64,000 bases of DNA from Tubulanus polymorphus (taxonomy: Eukaryota > Animalia > Nemertea). The notes beneath the pieces are model-generated. The model was not told the origin of the DNA, did no database searches, and worked only from the letters and a program-made list of their open reading frames with translations. Shown in pieces: positions 38,137 through 52,610 of the stretch (its first letter is position 1; each line of letters starts with the position of its first letter). A program made the position numbers and the translations under genes. The stretch spans positions 10,838,275 through 10,902,274 of the forward strand of contig NC_134032.1 in assembly GCF_964204645.1 (NCBI RefSeq). Direction: 5' to 3'.

Positions 38137-38711
38137 CTGTATCTGCCTTTTGATGCTCATGCGGAATACAGAAATTCTTCCTTCGGATTTCTAGGCCGAG
38201 TCAAGATTCATTTTTCAATCACTTTAAAAATCTATGTATGAAATCTCAGTCAAAAGCCATTACAAAGTATAACCGTATTTCAAGTTCAGCCCAGTCAATG
38301 TACATAGAAAAATACCAACAAAGAAAAACCAAAACAAACCGCAAATATTCAATATTTCGATGTTAAACTCACTCAGATAAAAATCTCAAGTCTCTCGACA
38401 GATTCCTTATTCCCATAGAATTTCCATTATCAATTTCATGAATAAGTAATTTAGATAAGCTCTGAAAAGATCACGTATAAACATTGCTGCAGTGGGTATT
38501 AACTACTCAATATTAAAAGGCACAAAGAATCCATACATATTCTAGAAAAATCTATACCTAAGAGGTTGAGTTTAAGATAAAGAAAGGTATCAGATATACA
38601 TCAAATGGTTAACCATTTTCGAGATAAGTATCTGATGACGATGATACACCGATCTTTTGTGAGGAGTATCTCTAGAACCTAGATCAAATAACCTTTTCCG
38701 AGCAGCCTTAC
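38137..38711 (+). repeat. ~575-bp direct repeat (partner 46799-47372) flanking the divergent vWA segment
   Basis: ctgtatctgcc...gagcagccttac at both sites; unit 1 has a single hybrid copy at ~14712-15292. Confidence 0.9.
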
Positions 38712-39194
38712 TCTCTAAACCTCAGTAAGACGGTTCACACGGAACATAAAACAGAAACGCTTTTTTGGGTAGTTTCGACTTTTCTTGTTTCGGAGCATCA
38801 CACACGAAATCCTTTCTGTTTCTTTTTTCTGGGTTGTGTCTCCCTGTGTATGGCCTGGGCATAAAACACGAACTATATATACAACCATTTTCTTTTACGA
38901 ATGGACAAATCACTTACAAAAATGATGACTGAAATTGAATTTGATCGCTGAAAGATTTCCCTTCTTCTGGGATAAGTGATTTTCTTTGGTTTGGAGGGCT
39001 AGGGTTGGTGACGGTTTCAGTTTGAAATATACAACGGTAGTTGCGTCCTGCGCATGCTCACTGGACGGTAACGATCTTGGTTCCTCTTATTATGCGGATG
39101 TTGAATTTCAATTTTCGATCCGTGAAACACCTCTACGTACGTTCATCGAAGCACGAGTTGATATGTGCTACTGCGGCAATCGAAGATTCCAAAA
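38712..39194 (-). repeat. Inverted copy of the vWA upstream region (~19625-20113)
   Basis: Reverse-complement match; the six-frame peptide FMPRPYTGRHNPEKRNRK appears on opposite strands at 19929 and 38722. Confidence 0.9.
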
Positions 39195-41510
39195 AATATC
39201 GTTGAATCTCGTTACTACACATTTAAGGCCACCGCACACGGCACCGAAAAAACGTTTTTTTCATGTTTTTTTGCTATGCCGTGTGCGGGGGAGTCAAAAC
39301 ACAAAACGCCGAACATTATTCCCTGGCCTTGACTGACCTTGCTGGTTATCGAAATATATTGAAATATACAATAATCTTGACCCGCGAGTTTCATTTAGCC
39401 GAAATATTGGGTTTTATCTTCTCTGATTTAATGCTTATAATATGCAGTAACTGGATAATATATTATAGGAACTGAATAAATCTGTACCCGCACTACGAGC
39501 TTCCTGCTGCACATACGTCGTTCGTACATTTGATTTTTTTCTAACACTGGAAGAAAGGTCGAAAAGATACACAATATCCGTCTAAGTCGAACGAGATAAA
39601 TCCTACAATAATTCGAGCGAAGATGTGAAAACAGTCTGGTTTAAATGTAACACCGCAGTCCGATTTTTACCCGAATCATTAAGATAGAACAAGTTCTATT
39701 TCCTACGATCGGATCGTCGTAGCCAATCAGCGACGAGTTTTGCATCACATGACTTTAAGACTCGGAGACGATTGAGTCGTAGTCGACCTGAAAGATCGTG
39801 AGACAAACGAATCAGCAATCAGTGGTCACGTGTTTACTACCGCTGTTCATACGACGATTTAGTCGGGTCGTAAGTCAACCTGAGCTTAGCTTTTAATTGA
39901 CTATATATATTTTCTTCACTGCCTTCCTCGGCAAGTTTTCCGAAAATGGATTTCTTAATTGTTACTTGATAATTATTATCACCAGCCTGATCCAGACCGG
40001 AACAAGGTAAATTCAGATAATTTCATCATTCTTCTTAAAAATGATAAATTCAATCATAATTATTTGTACATATCCCCCTTAAAAGCCTTTTAAGGATATG
40101 TGAAAAAGATTGTGATTATTATTTTAATATCTACAAATTGTCAACACTAAACATGGTCCAAGTTACTTCTAAAGACCTTGTAATTGTTATTTTGCCGGCT
40201 GTACTGTTCACTGGTGTCGCTTGTACCTGGCAAATAGCCGACCTTGGAGGGATAACTGAAGGTCAACCCACTTGAGCGGCGATCCTTTGTCGTCTGGATG
40301 GAATTTTAAATAAGCTAACATTGTAGAACACGTCAATCAAAATTACCAGCAGGCACTTCTATCATCTGCTGAGTGGTTTACTGTTCAAATTGTCGTTCTA
40401 CAGTCATTTTACAGCCGATTTGATTTCATTAACTCTTCATTTTCAATAGCATGGCGCAGCTGTGTCGTGGTCAACACAGTATCCAAAGAAGAAAAAGAAC
40501 AAGGCTGTGTAGAGAACCCGTTATCGCTGCTTTGCAGCTATATTTAGGAATTGACATTCGGCCGAACTAATAACATTTACCCTAGCGTCCATCCTATCTA
40601 ACCAGAATGGTAGACCTGGGCCTTGTGTAACAATAAAGGGGAACCACTGAACTTGTTACTCCAGCATCGTCCAAATCAATGCATTTCAAATTAACTTTCA
40701 AACTAGATTCTTTGGCTTCCGAATCCAAAGGTTATCGGTTTGGATGCGGAAGGTTGATCCAAAGGTAGATTGATTCGCTTTTAAAAGAAATATGCAGGAG
40801 AAGTATGAATATGCATATATAAAGGGTGAATTCAGGGAATTATTTCTAAGAACTTGTCACATCCCAAAAGGGAACTTTGATGTCCAGTATTAGGCAATAT
40901 AAAAATGCACCCAATTTCGTTGTTGACAAAATGAAAAAGGGCACTCAAAAATTGATGCAAGTCTCTCGAGTTCCCAATGGAGCCGCCCTTAGAGGTACTG
41001 GACATAGAAGACCGAACAACAAAGAAAGAATCATGTCGATCCAAGTGGAATCCTCGATTGCCGCAGTTACACATATCAACTCGTGCTTCGATGCACGTAC
41101 GAAGGTGTTTCACGGATCGAAAATTGAAATTCACCAAACGCATATTACATGTACACTAGAACAAGCAAAAAGAACCAATATCGTTACCGTCCAGTGGGCA
41201 CGCAACTACCGGTTTTTAATTTCAAATTGAAACCGCCATCAACACAAGCCCTCCGAACCAAAGAAAATCACCCATCATAAAAGAAATGAATACTTTCAGC
41301 GAGCAGAAAATCGATTTCTTCTTTTTTATAAGTGATTTTAAATTCGTAAAAGAATGGTTTATATATGAATTATGTATAGTTCGTATTTTATGCCTTGGCC
41401 ATACACAGGTGGGACACAACCCGGAAACAAGAAACAGAAACGATTTTCTGGCTTTCTGTGTGCGATGAAAAGACGAAACAATCCACATACGCGTTCCGTA
41501 AATTGGGCAT

Positions 41511-41831
41511 CCTCCCCCGACAGGGATTCGAACCTGATGGCATCGAGATTGCCACGGTACGAAACCCTGCCACACTAGACCGAGTGTGCAGCTACATGCG
41601 CAACTTAAATGATGTCATTGTTAGCTAATCAGAAATCCATTTTATTCTAGCCCGGGTTTTCCCATTTATAGTTCTTCCGTGAAATTTGCCTCAGCGATTA
41701 TACAACGAGCAATCTGATTGGTGCCGCAAGTTTTCATGCGGCAAAGCTGCGCATGTACCTGCGCATCCGGTCTACTGTGACAGGGGTTTGGTGTTCGGAT
41801 GCCGTCAGGTTCGAAACCCTGCCCAGGGAGG
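41511..41831. mobile_element. Two back-to-back tRNA-derived SINE heads
   Basis: 41511-41606 (-) and 41744-41831 (+) both read gcgcatgta(g/c)ctgc...ggtcta...atgcc(a/g)tcaGGTTCGAA..CCctg...ggagg. Confidence 0.6.
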
Positions 41832-42974
41832 ATATAAATTGGGGTAACTTGAGACACTTATTGGTGATTTTTTAAATCCACCCAAATGGTAATGAATTGA
41901 TCAACAATCTTCAGGCTCGACAGAAAAATATCTCTATTGATTTTCTGAATCCATTTTAAAAAAACAAGGTAAACCCGAGGTGAGGGATGACTTAAGACAT
42001 ACAAAAAATAACACGGAATTTGAGTAAAATGAACATTTAAGTTGTTCTTAACTCCTTTGGTTAAGAGTCTGGCAAAAAGGCCGACTCCTGTATATATGAA
42101 GTAACCTCAGTGAAGATGTTAGTCGGGTTGACTTGAGACACTGGTTTAGATGAACATCCCACCTTAATTTCATCTTTATAGAATAGGAATAAAAGATCAA
42201 AACCTGGGGGTACAGAGTGCACAAAAGCTTTGTCGCTGCGTACAGAGAAATGAGTTAAGCGACCCGAATACATTTTTCTGGATGTTTGTTTCGTAAGTTG
42301 TGCAAGTTATGTAAAGCCTTACTTTCAAGATTAACACACTCCAGCTCATTGTGATCTTGTACTAACACTTTTACTAACAAATTTAATTTATACTATCTGA
42401 AAATCTATCCGAATCCATTCTATTCATTAAACTTATAGAGAAAATGAAACTAAAGAACGATACACCAATCACTATCAGCCATATCATCTCAAAGTCACCA
42501 CAATTTACGGTTTCTGTTTTACGTTTCGGGTGAACATCTTGCTGTGAAGTTAGAGAAAGAGGTTTGTGGGCGTTGAGAAATTTTCATCAAAAAAGAATAT
42601 TTGAAATATATACATTAAAAAACATTCATATATAAATTATAGATTTTGCGCCGGGAGAAATTGTGTACCACTCACCCCATTTTTAATCTAAACTAATTCA
42701 AAAACACCCGGCAGCTATTCTTTCTGTATAAATAACGCCACATTTCCCGGTCTGGACATCAACAATTGTTTCAGTTACCAACGCTGTATTCGTGCTGTAC
42801 TTTCAAGGTAAGTTGCATAAACATAATCAAAATTTCGTGCTTCTTGTTTGAAAGCGCAACTAATTTACGTCTGAAAAGTCACAGTCGGGCGGTTGAGGTG
42901 TTCACGCCATTTTCTTCTGATAGGTATTTTATTCATTTTATTTCTATTAATTTCTATTTCACGTTCAGCTGAAA

Positions 42975-45095
42975 ATGACTGCAATCTTCTACGGGATGCT
43001 ATTGGGAGTCGCGTTCGTGTTGGCGCCGGTGGCAGTAATGGCGCACCCTCCCGTCTTATCAGACTCAGTACCAGGTAAAACGCGTTTATTTTTGTTAGCA
43101 GTTTTTGCTTCTATACTTTTCCCAGTAATTATGAAACAACGGCACCAAACGTATAAATGTGGCCAGGGTTTATCTAACAAAGCATTCAGTGCTGTAGATA
43201 CGTATTGAATTATTCTTATAAATTAGTTAATTTATTCTACGAACCTATAAATGATTCTTCAAGTAGCGTATATTAGTAGCCTATCCGGCGAGAGCTAGAA
43301 TTTATGAATATAGCGCTAATATCTAGTGAATTTGTCAAGCACCAAAAAAGTCATGATTTTATCTATTTTAGTGTGTTTCAAAGACACTGATGTTGTTCTC
43401 ATGCTGGACCAGAGTGGAAGTCTGAGAAACGGAATAAATAATCAAGGACCAAACCACATACCGACTGTCAGGAAAGCAGCGGGAGACATCGTCAAAGGCT
43501 TGCCGCTTCCTGTTGAAAATAATCCAGCGATTTTCGGGGTAACAACAAAAATATCGAAAGCCCATCGCACATGTATAGGGAAATACGGAAACAGGAGGCT
43601 GAAACATGTTTCCGTGTGTCGTCACGAGGAACGAGAACCACATTGATTCCGAGATCAAAGATTATTGTTTCCGTGTTTCTGTGGTAACCTGCGTCGTGTG
43701 CGTTGGACTTAAGCTATAATGGACGACTTTCGATGCTTATCGGTTTACCGGTCAACCATTGGTTTAGGACGCAGCTATTTTGAAGGCACTTCCTGTAAAA
43801 GGAAGTCACCAAAAGGGACATTTCGACAAACTAAAATTTTTGATAGCCTATTTCTTAAAAATTGAACGAATTTTCCATTAACGATTAGCTGATCACGTAA
43901 CCTATGGAACAAATGATTTTAAGCTTAAAATCGTTGTACTGATTAGAAATATGAATTAAGCCATAGCAACTAAACAACAAATCTTTGAGTTTAACTTAAC
44001 TTGACCAATCAGAATATTTTATGAATAATTTTACATTAAATATAAGCTTACTGATTTGAGTTTTTTTTCTAAGTTATCTTCTAGGTAGACGCGTATAGAT
44101 TATCATGTTCATACGGTATTTCCATATTAACAATGTAAATTGTTTATTCTCAGATGGGGGTGTACATGTTTTCGGGAGCAGCTGAACAGCTCATAGTTCA
44201 ACAAATGACCGAGCTGCAAACGATGCAAGACGTTGATAATATCGTGACTAAAATCGATAATGCAAACATTAACCACGGCCAGACGCATACAGATACAGCG
44301 CTGAAGAATGTTCGAGAACAGGTAGATTGATATACTTGTCTCAGAAAGAACCACCTTGTACTTTCATCACAATTTTGAAATTGAGTATCAGATTATAGTT
44401 ATTGTCACATGATTTGGCATCGTTGCATGCAAGGGTTTAGTTGCCTTTGCACTATTGGTGATGCAACCGAATCCATCATTTGGTCATTAGTACTTCTCGA
44501 GAGAGATACGTGGCAAAATTTCAATCAGATCTTGATGTGCAGGTGAATACGTAAACTGATTCATTACTCACACGCCACAGTAAGAACATCGAAAATCTTG
44601 ACCATAGCGTGCTGCCCCTATATAAACCATTGGCGGTGAATACGTGAACTAAACGAGTACTCGCATGCCACTGTAAGAATATTGAGCTGTGTAAAGTGAT
44701 GCTCGTTGGATATGTGCATTTTTCCTCGAAATTCCCCCAAATCATCATGAAATATTTTCATTCATTTTCAGATGTTGCCGAACAGTCGCCCAGACGTGAA
44801 CAACACGGTCGTATTGATCACTGACGGCGAAATCTTCAAAGGGAACGAGTTTGTTGATATCGCAGAAGGCTTATTGCTCGAGCAGGCGGATAAACTACGA
44901 AGCCCCAACACCCGCATCATCGGGGTCGGGGTCGGAGCAAAACTGCCGCAATTCAAGGAGCAGTTGAAGAAAGTGGTCAGTCAACCGGTGAACGCAAACT
45001 ACTTCGAAATAGAAGATTGGGTCAACGTCGAGCATTTTCTGGCGAGCACGATCGTGGCCACGATAACATGTCCTCCGATGTGCCCACCGCAGTAA
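42975..45095 (+). CDS. Secreted single vWA-domain protein, divergent copy 3 (252 aa); join(42975..43074,43372..43538,44154..44321,44772..45095)
   Basis: Same exon phases, GT-AG sites, signal peptide, DQSGS/T/TDG MIDAS; TATA at 42727; AATAAA at 45178-45183. Confidence 0.92.
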
Positions 45096-45849
45096 CAAGT
45101 CAAATCATACAGATCAGCCCTATATCTGTTCATCTATATTCAGTCGTATTCCGAAGAAACGTCATATGAAATCAAGCAATAAACGTAAACATTTACGAAA
45201 AAGTGACTTCGTTTTTGTCATCTCGTCCGAGCTCATGTATTCGCCGCTGAAATATAGAGGCAGAACGTGACAATCAAGGTCAAACGCTGCTCGATATTCC
45301 AACTGTGGCATGCGAGTGGTAATAATACGTCGGTTTATAGTCAGGATCGAATCGGAGCGTTTTGCCAACAATGATAAACCAACAAGACCCACGTCAAGAC
45401 ATCATGCCTGTTAAATCTGCTATAGGCCTTTCTATCTTTCCTACCCATGTTTTTATCTATCACAAATCCTCCTTTGAAAATACGAAATTGCACTAGACAT
45501 TTTTACGAAACTAATGTTAATCTAAGACGTCAAAGGCTTGGTCAGTTTGATTTGAATAACCTCGATAATATGAACCCTGAATACGCGAATAATTCATTTA
45601 TCGATAGATTACATCATTAACGAGGTTACACCTAAGCAACTAAAAATGGCAAGAAAAATCAAAATTACCTTAACCCTGGATGACTAGAGGGCTATTTAGA
45701 TATTCCAAAAAATGTGTTAGATTGTATAGAGCTTCTATAGGACTTGATAAAAGCTCTGTTGAATATCAGAACTTTGTTACCGAAATAGATATAATCAGAT
45801 GAAACGTACTGCTGAAAAATCCTACAAACAGTCACCGAAAATCCGATCC

Positions 45850-48800
45850 ATAAACTAAAGCACAGTCTTGTCGCTGACTAACACTCAATCTTCTGCTCCG
45901 CCCTCTCTCCTTCCTGTCATATCCACTGCCCGCCCCTCTCTCCTTTTATCATCTCCCCTCCCTCTTCTTGATTTATAATTCTTGTGAATTCCCGATAGTG
46001 GACTTAACCACGGATCCGTTACCGAGTGGTAGTTTTAGCAGATCTTTACATTTACATCCCTTCAAAAATGACAGTCAATGCTCCAAGGTTTGTGAAGTCA
46101 AACTCGCGGCTTCATTTTTCTGCTGACTAAATCCTCCATTTTGCCATCCCTGACTCTGTCCTCCTAACAGTTGTTACTGTAAATATCTCAATAAGGAGCT
46201 AAACCAAAGCCCTGTTACTGACATTTCTGTAGATGTCCACACACTTCCTTTTTCGTCAAACTAACAGCCAAGATTTTGCAAATCCACCACGAATTCGAAC
46301 AGTCACAGCAGCTGAAAGAACACCACATTTTCTATCCAAGAACTCGAAGAGTATAAGGTATCAAAAACCACGGAGCTTTTCTATTTAATTAAACCAGATG
46401 AAAGATACCAGTTTCGTAGATAAAACAGATTCGACCTCTCGATTCGGACATTTTTTTATAGTATTCTTTATGCTAAACACGTTTCGTAGTGAACTGATGA
46501 TTAAGATATTTAATAATGAGTCTTCGACTGCGGCTGCCCGGCAATATTAAATTCTATGAGTTTGCTTACGTTCAATCGTGTATCTGGAACAAAATTCCCC
46601 ACAGATCTCGGACCAAAGGTCAAAACGTTGAATATAAACTCGTTTAACTTACTGCACAAGTGAGTTCAAAAGTTCTCCCTCGATCGATTCGAATCTGAAA
46701 CTAAGATTCATTTTTTGATTCGCGTTCATAATCAGAGCACGAAATTTCGGTCAAAAGATTCAAAACTTTTGTATTTACGCATTTTGTATGACCCCGATCT
46801 GTATCTGCCTCTTGATACTCATGCGGAATACAGCAATTCTTCCTTCGGATTTCTAGGCCGAGCGAGTGAAAATTCATTTTTCAATCACTTCTATGAATGA
46901 AATCGCAGTCAAAAGCGATTTCAAAGTTTAACCGTATTTCAAGTTCAGCCCAGTCGATGTACATAGAAAAATACCAACAAAGAAAAATCCAAAATAAACC
47001 GCAAATATTCAATATTTCGATGTTAAACTCACTCAGATAAAAATCTGAAGTCTCTCGACAGATTCCTTATTCCCATAGGATTTCCATTATCAATTTCATG
47101 AATAAGTAATTTAGATAAGCTCTGAAAAGATCACGTATAAACATTGCTGCAGTGGGTATTAACTACTCAATATTAAAAGGCACAAAGAATCCATACATAT
47201 TCTAGAAAAATCTATACCTAAGAGGTTGAGTTCAAGATAAAGAAAGGCAACAGATATACATCAAAATGATTAACTATTTTCGAGATAAGTATCTGATGAC
47301 GATGATCCACCGATCTTTTGTGAAGAGTATCTCTAGAACCTAGATCAAAAAACCTTTTCCGAGCAGCCTTACGTTGTTCCTTTCTCTCTCTGTACGGCCG
47401 TTTCTTTTATTTCATTTTTTGGCCTTTTTTCTATTTTTCATATATTTGCGAACCGAGCTTTTCTGAGCTTATATGCGTGCGTGCTTTTTTCTATCAGAGG
47501 CGGGAGGCTCAAAGCACATCCTCGGACACGCAGTGAACTTGTCCCTTCGTACAGAGTGACCTCATCAATCACAATATACTCAGACCCCTGTGTATATTCG
47601 TTCGCTGCGAGAGGCGGGGGCCCAAAGCACATCCTCGGACATGCAGTGAACTTGTCCCTTCGTACAAAGTGATCAATCACAACGTACTCAGACCCCTCCT
47701 GCTGTTTGTAAGGGAGTCCACATCTAGCGGATCATACCCTGAAGCACTTGTCGTGATGAGCGACATAAGTTCGCTTATTACTTACCTGTATCTTAATTCT
47801 TATCATTTCATTTTCTCTTTTATTCATATATGTTTCTATTTCTTTCATATATTTTCTTCCCGCCGTTTTGAGAAAACGTTGCTCGGAAAAGGTTGGGCGT
47901 GCGTGCAATACCCTTTTGGCACAAACTATAAGAGATTTACTCAACACGATCCAATAAGCAATTCAAAATTCAGGTGAATCATCGCACATCAATTCCGGGT
48001 TCGATCCCCGAACTTATGTATTACTCGTCAACCATAGATTCAAACCGGGTTCAAACCCCGGACTACTGGTCTACTGGTTAACTAAAGGATATAGAATAAT
48101 ACCGGGTTCAAACCCCGCGCTACTGGACTACTGGTTAACTAAACGATAAACAATAATACCGGGTTCAAACCCCGGACTACTGGACTACTGGTTAACTAAA
48201 CGATTTAAAATAATACCGGGTTCAAACCCCGTACTAATGTTTTACCGGTTAATTTGAAAATATAGATGACCCGGTCCATACCCAGGACCAATGTTTTACT
48301 GGTTAACTAAACGTAATAAAATGATTCCGGGTTCAAACCCCGGACTAATGGTTAACTTGACAATTTAGCAGTTTACCGGGTTCAAAACCCGGACTACTGA
48401 ATAGCTCAACAATAGATTCATACTGGGTTCGAACCCCGGGCAGCACTAGCTAGTCAAAAGTCCAACATCAAAACTTGTGAACGAAACGTCTTGTATAGGA
48501 TTGTGAATAACTCCTCTCCAAATACAGAATTGGAAAAAAATATTTGGAGATTGATTTTAGATATTTCAATTAAATGAGAATTTTTGATTTGGTATTTTTC
48601 TGTACAACTAACAAGGACGAACTCTAACTACAGCCCTGCGCCGAAATACGTATTCAAACCGGGATATTCCGACCGCGCATGAGCTCTTTCAGAAATACAG
48701 TCAATGTATCAGCGCCAAAGTACTCTTTATTTACTTTATATAGAAAAGTGCAGAAACGATAATCTCGTTCTGTTCAGTGATTTTGAATATGCATCTTAAC

Positions 48801-49820
48801 ACGTTCACACGGAGCCATAAGTTGATTCAAAATATATATGAGTTTAAAAACTCTCAAAAGTCGCTTCATGTGTTTTGAACTAATTTTTCGATTTAGCTCA
48901 TAATCATGTAACGGAATGTATTCAAAGTATTCCGCAACTTTGAAAACATCTCCTCAAATTTTTCGCCTATATTCATATACCAAAAATAATCTACGCAAGT
49001 TTTATCACATACACACAAAGATACATGAAAATGCGTGTACCTATAAGCAAGCATCAAATGAATTTTGAAATCACGAAATATCTGAAGTCAGCAAAATACG
49101 CAATCTACTTAACATGAAAAATACGAGACAAATTCGAATCTGTTTTATCTATAGACATTTAAATCAGGTATATTTGATAGTTTCCATCGATAAGAAGAAC
49201 TCATTGACTGCTATCTTAGTCAAAACAGTAGAAAAAATCCTGTATGATTTGGTTGTTTATTTATCAAATAGTGGACCTCGGAGCCCTGGCATCTGCCAGT
49301 TTGTGATAGAAAATGCATCAGTTCTTCCAGAAACTTTGCTGTTAGTTTGGGACGATTCGAACTCTTGTTGGATTTGCAAAAAATGACTGTTGGTTTGACG
49401 AAAAAGAAGTGTGGAAATCGGTACAGAAAAGTCGGTAACAGGGCTGTGGTTTAGTTCCACAATGGGATATTTACAGAAACAACAGCCAGGAGGCAAAATG
49501 GAGGGATTAGTCAGCAGAAATGTAGCTATGAGTTTGACAACACAAACCATGGCGCATTCTCAAAAATCGACTGTCAATTTGAGGCGATGGAAATGTGAAA
49601 ATCTGCTAAAACTATCACTCAGTAACCGGACATTTTGTCCCACAATCGGATATCAACACGAACCATAGGCCAGGAAGAGGGAATGAGGGGATGATAGAAG
49701 GGAGAGCATGGGCAGTGGGGAGGATTGTGGTTTAGCTTGAACAGAAACCAAGGGCAGGGAGGAGGGGAGGTTGACAAAAAGGAGGAGTATAGTAAGTAAC
49801 AGGACTGGGTTTAGATTTAC
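45850..49820. mobile_element. Old long-inverted-repeat (foldback-like) element, arms ~45850-46510 and ~49075-49820
   Basis: Reverse-complement blocks: aaaccaaagccctgttactgac / gtcggtaacagggctgtggttt; ttttgcaaatcca / tggatttgcaaaa; agataaaacagattcga / tcgaatctgttttatct. Confidence 0.6.
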
Positions 49821-52610
49821 ACCAACTACGAGGACGAAGAGAACGGATGAAAGAAGGGAGGGGGAAGACAGTCATGGAGGGAGGGAGAAGGCCTGAATGA
49901 GTTGTCAGAAAGAGGGCTCTTAGAGAGTAAGATCATTGCATGACTGTGACTAGTATAGTTTCACGATATCCGAAAACTAACTATGTAATACTATGAATTA
50001 TGTAAATATGAATTTAAGTTTGAGTCAAATTGTAAAACCGTCAAAAATAGAAGGAATGCACCTCACCACAATATCATACGAGCTGAAATTCATTTCTCTG
50101 CCGTCTTTCTTCTATCGGCCATAATATTCGCCATCATCATCTCAACGCTTGTGGTTACTGTTAGCATCCTTAAGATATGAGTTAGTTTCAGCTAGACGTG
50201 CCTTAATTCAAACTGTTTAGTTCTGGTGAATCCGGTTTGCGATAAGGAAAGGTGGTCAATATGGCCACCCGCAGTAGTGTAGTGTATACGGACTACAAAT
50301 GTAAGTCGAGAGCGACGACGGTCACTTTGAATACGAATTCACCGTCTGCTGAACAATATTCAACCTTGACCACAACGTCGTATACGACTTACGACCCGAT
50401 CCGATCGTTGGGTCGGAGGGAAGTGAGTCTGCGTCAGACTCGATTTTTTAATCGGGAACATTTTCGACAGAGTTTACTTTCCGACCACAAGGATAGAATA
50501 AGTTTTATTTTCTACGACCCGATCAGATCGTCGTAGCCAATCAGCGACGGGTTTTGCATCACATGTCTTTAAGACTCGGCGATGATCGAGTCGTATTTAT
50601 GTCGACCCGAGTGCTCCTAGGATCGTGAGACAAATGAATCGGCAATCAGTGGTCATACGACGATTTAGTCGGGTCGTAAGTCGACCTTAGCTTAGCTATA
50701 AATAGACTATTTTCTTCACAACCTTCCTCGGCAAATTTTCCCCCAAAAATGGTTTTGTTCGTAATTGCAATCCATAATTGCTATTATCAGCCTATATTCA
50801 GATATTTCATAATTTTTCTTTAAAATACTAGTTAAACTTTTTGTACATATCCCTCTTAAAGGCCTCTTTAGGAGGGATGCGCGAAAATGATTATGATTAT
50901 TATTTCAATATCTACTAATTATCAGCGCTAAGCTAATCAAAGTTACTTTTTAAGACCTTGCCGGCTCTGCAGTTCACCGATGTCGCTTGTACCTCGCAAC
51001 TGGTTGACCTTGGAGTGATAACTGAAGGTTAACTCACTTGAGCGGCAATCCTTTTTCGTCTGGATGGAATGCAATATAAGCTTTATACACTTAGCTTTAT
51101 ACACTTTAGTTACATAACATCGCAACACACGTCAACCACGTATCCCACGCAGCTGGCACTTCTGTCGAGTGCGCTTGTTCAAATTGCCGTTCTACAGTAA
51201 CGTGAGCAATTCCAGTCGATAAATTCAACAAGCTGTGAAAATTTGGAATTGAAATTTGACCAAACTAATTCTTTTAACTCCAGCGTCCATCCTATCAAAC
51301 CAGAATGGTGGACCTAGGCCTTGAGTTACATACAATTAAGCGGAACCGCAAGAATCCACCACCATCGTCCAAGATAATGCATTTCAAATTTCAACTTTCG
51401 AACTAGATTTTTTGCTTCTGAATCCAAAGGTTATCACTTGAACCACCAAATATTGATTCCAATGATAGTTTTCTTCAAGATGATTTGCTTTTAAAAGAAA
51501 TATAAATAATCGTTACAGGTATATAAGGGGCGGATACACGGGCTAATTTTGAAGGACCCGTCACATCCTAAAAGGGCTCATTGATGATGTCCATTATTAG
51601 GCAATATTAGGCGTACTCCCGAACAAAAATACACCAATTTTCATCGTTGACAAGGTGAAAAGGGGCACGTGGAAGACCGAAAAACTACAAGCAGATCTGG
51701 TGGATCCTCTTTTGGAATCTTCGATTGCCGCAGTAGCACACATCGCGCTTCGATGAACGAACGTAGGTGTATCACGGATCGAAAATTGAAATTCAACATC
51801 CGTATAGTAAGAGGAACCAAGATCGTTACCGTCCAGTGAGCACGCGCAGAACGCAACTACCGGCGTATATTTCAAACTGTAAACGTCACCAACCCTAGCC
51901 CTCCAAACCAAAGGAAAATCACTAATCCCAGAAGAAGGGAAATCTTTCAGCGAGTAAATTCGATTTCAGTTATCATTTTTGTAAGTGATTTGTCCAATCG
52001 TAAAAGAAAATGGTTTGTTTAGGCCTATATAGTTCGTGTTTCATGCCCAGGCCATACACAGGGAGACACAACCCGGAAAAAAGAAACAGAAAGTATTTCG
52101 TGTGTGATGCTCCGAAACAAGAGGAGTCGAAACAACCCAAAAAAGCGTTTCTGTTTTATGTTTCGGGTGAACCGTCTTACTGCGGTTTAGAGAAAGAGTT
52201 TTGTGAGAAAATATTATGAAAAAATATTTTTCAATATATATTTTAAAAATATTCATATAAATTATAGATATGACGGGGAAGAAATTAAAAACCACATCGA
52301 GTTATCGATAACCAATATAAAAATTACCGGCAGCTATTCGTTCGGTATAAATAACACCACATTTCCCCGGTCCAGACATCAACTATTGTTTCAGTAACCA
52401 ACACTGTATTTCGTGCTGTAATTTAAAGGTAAGTTGCGTAAACCTCATCATGATTTTGTTCGTCTTCTATGAAACTGCAAATTATCTACGTCTGCTGGTC
52501 TGTGATTAGTAAAGTCACAGTCGGGCGGTTGAGGTGTTCACGCCATTTTCTTCTGATAGGTATTTTATTCATTTTATTTCTATTAATTTCTATTTCACGT
52601 TCAGCTGAAA

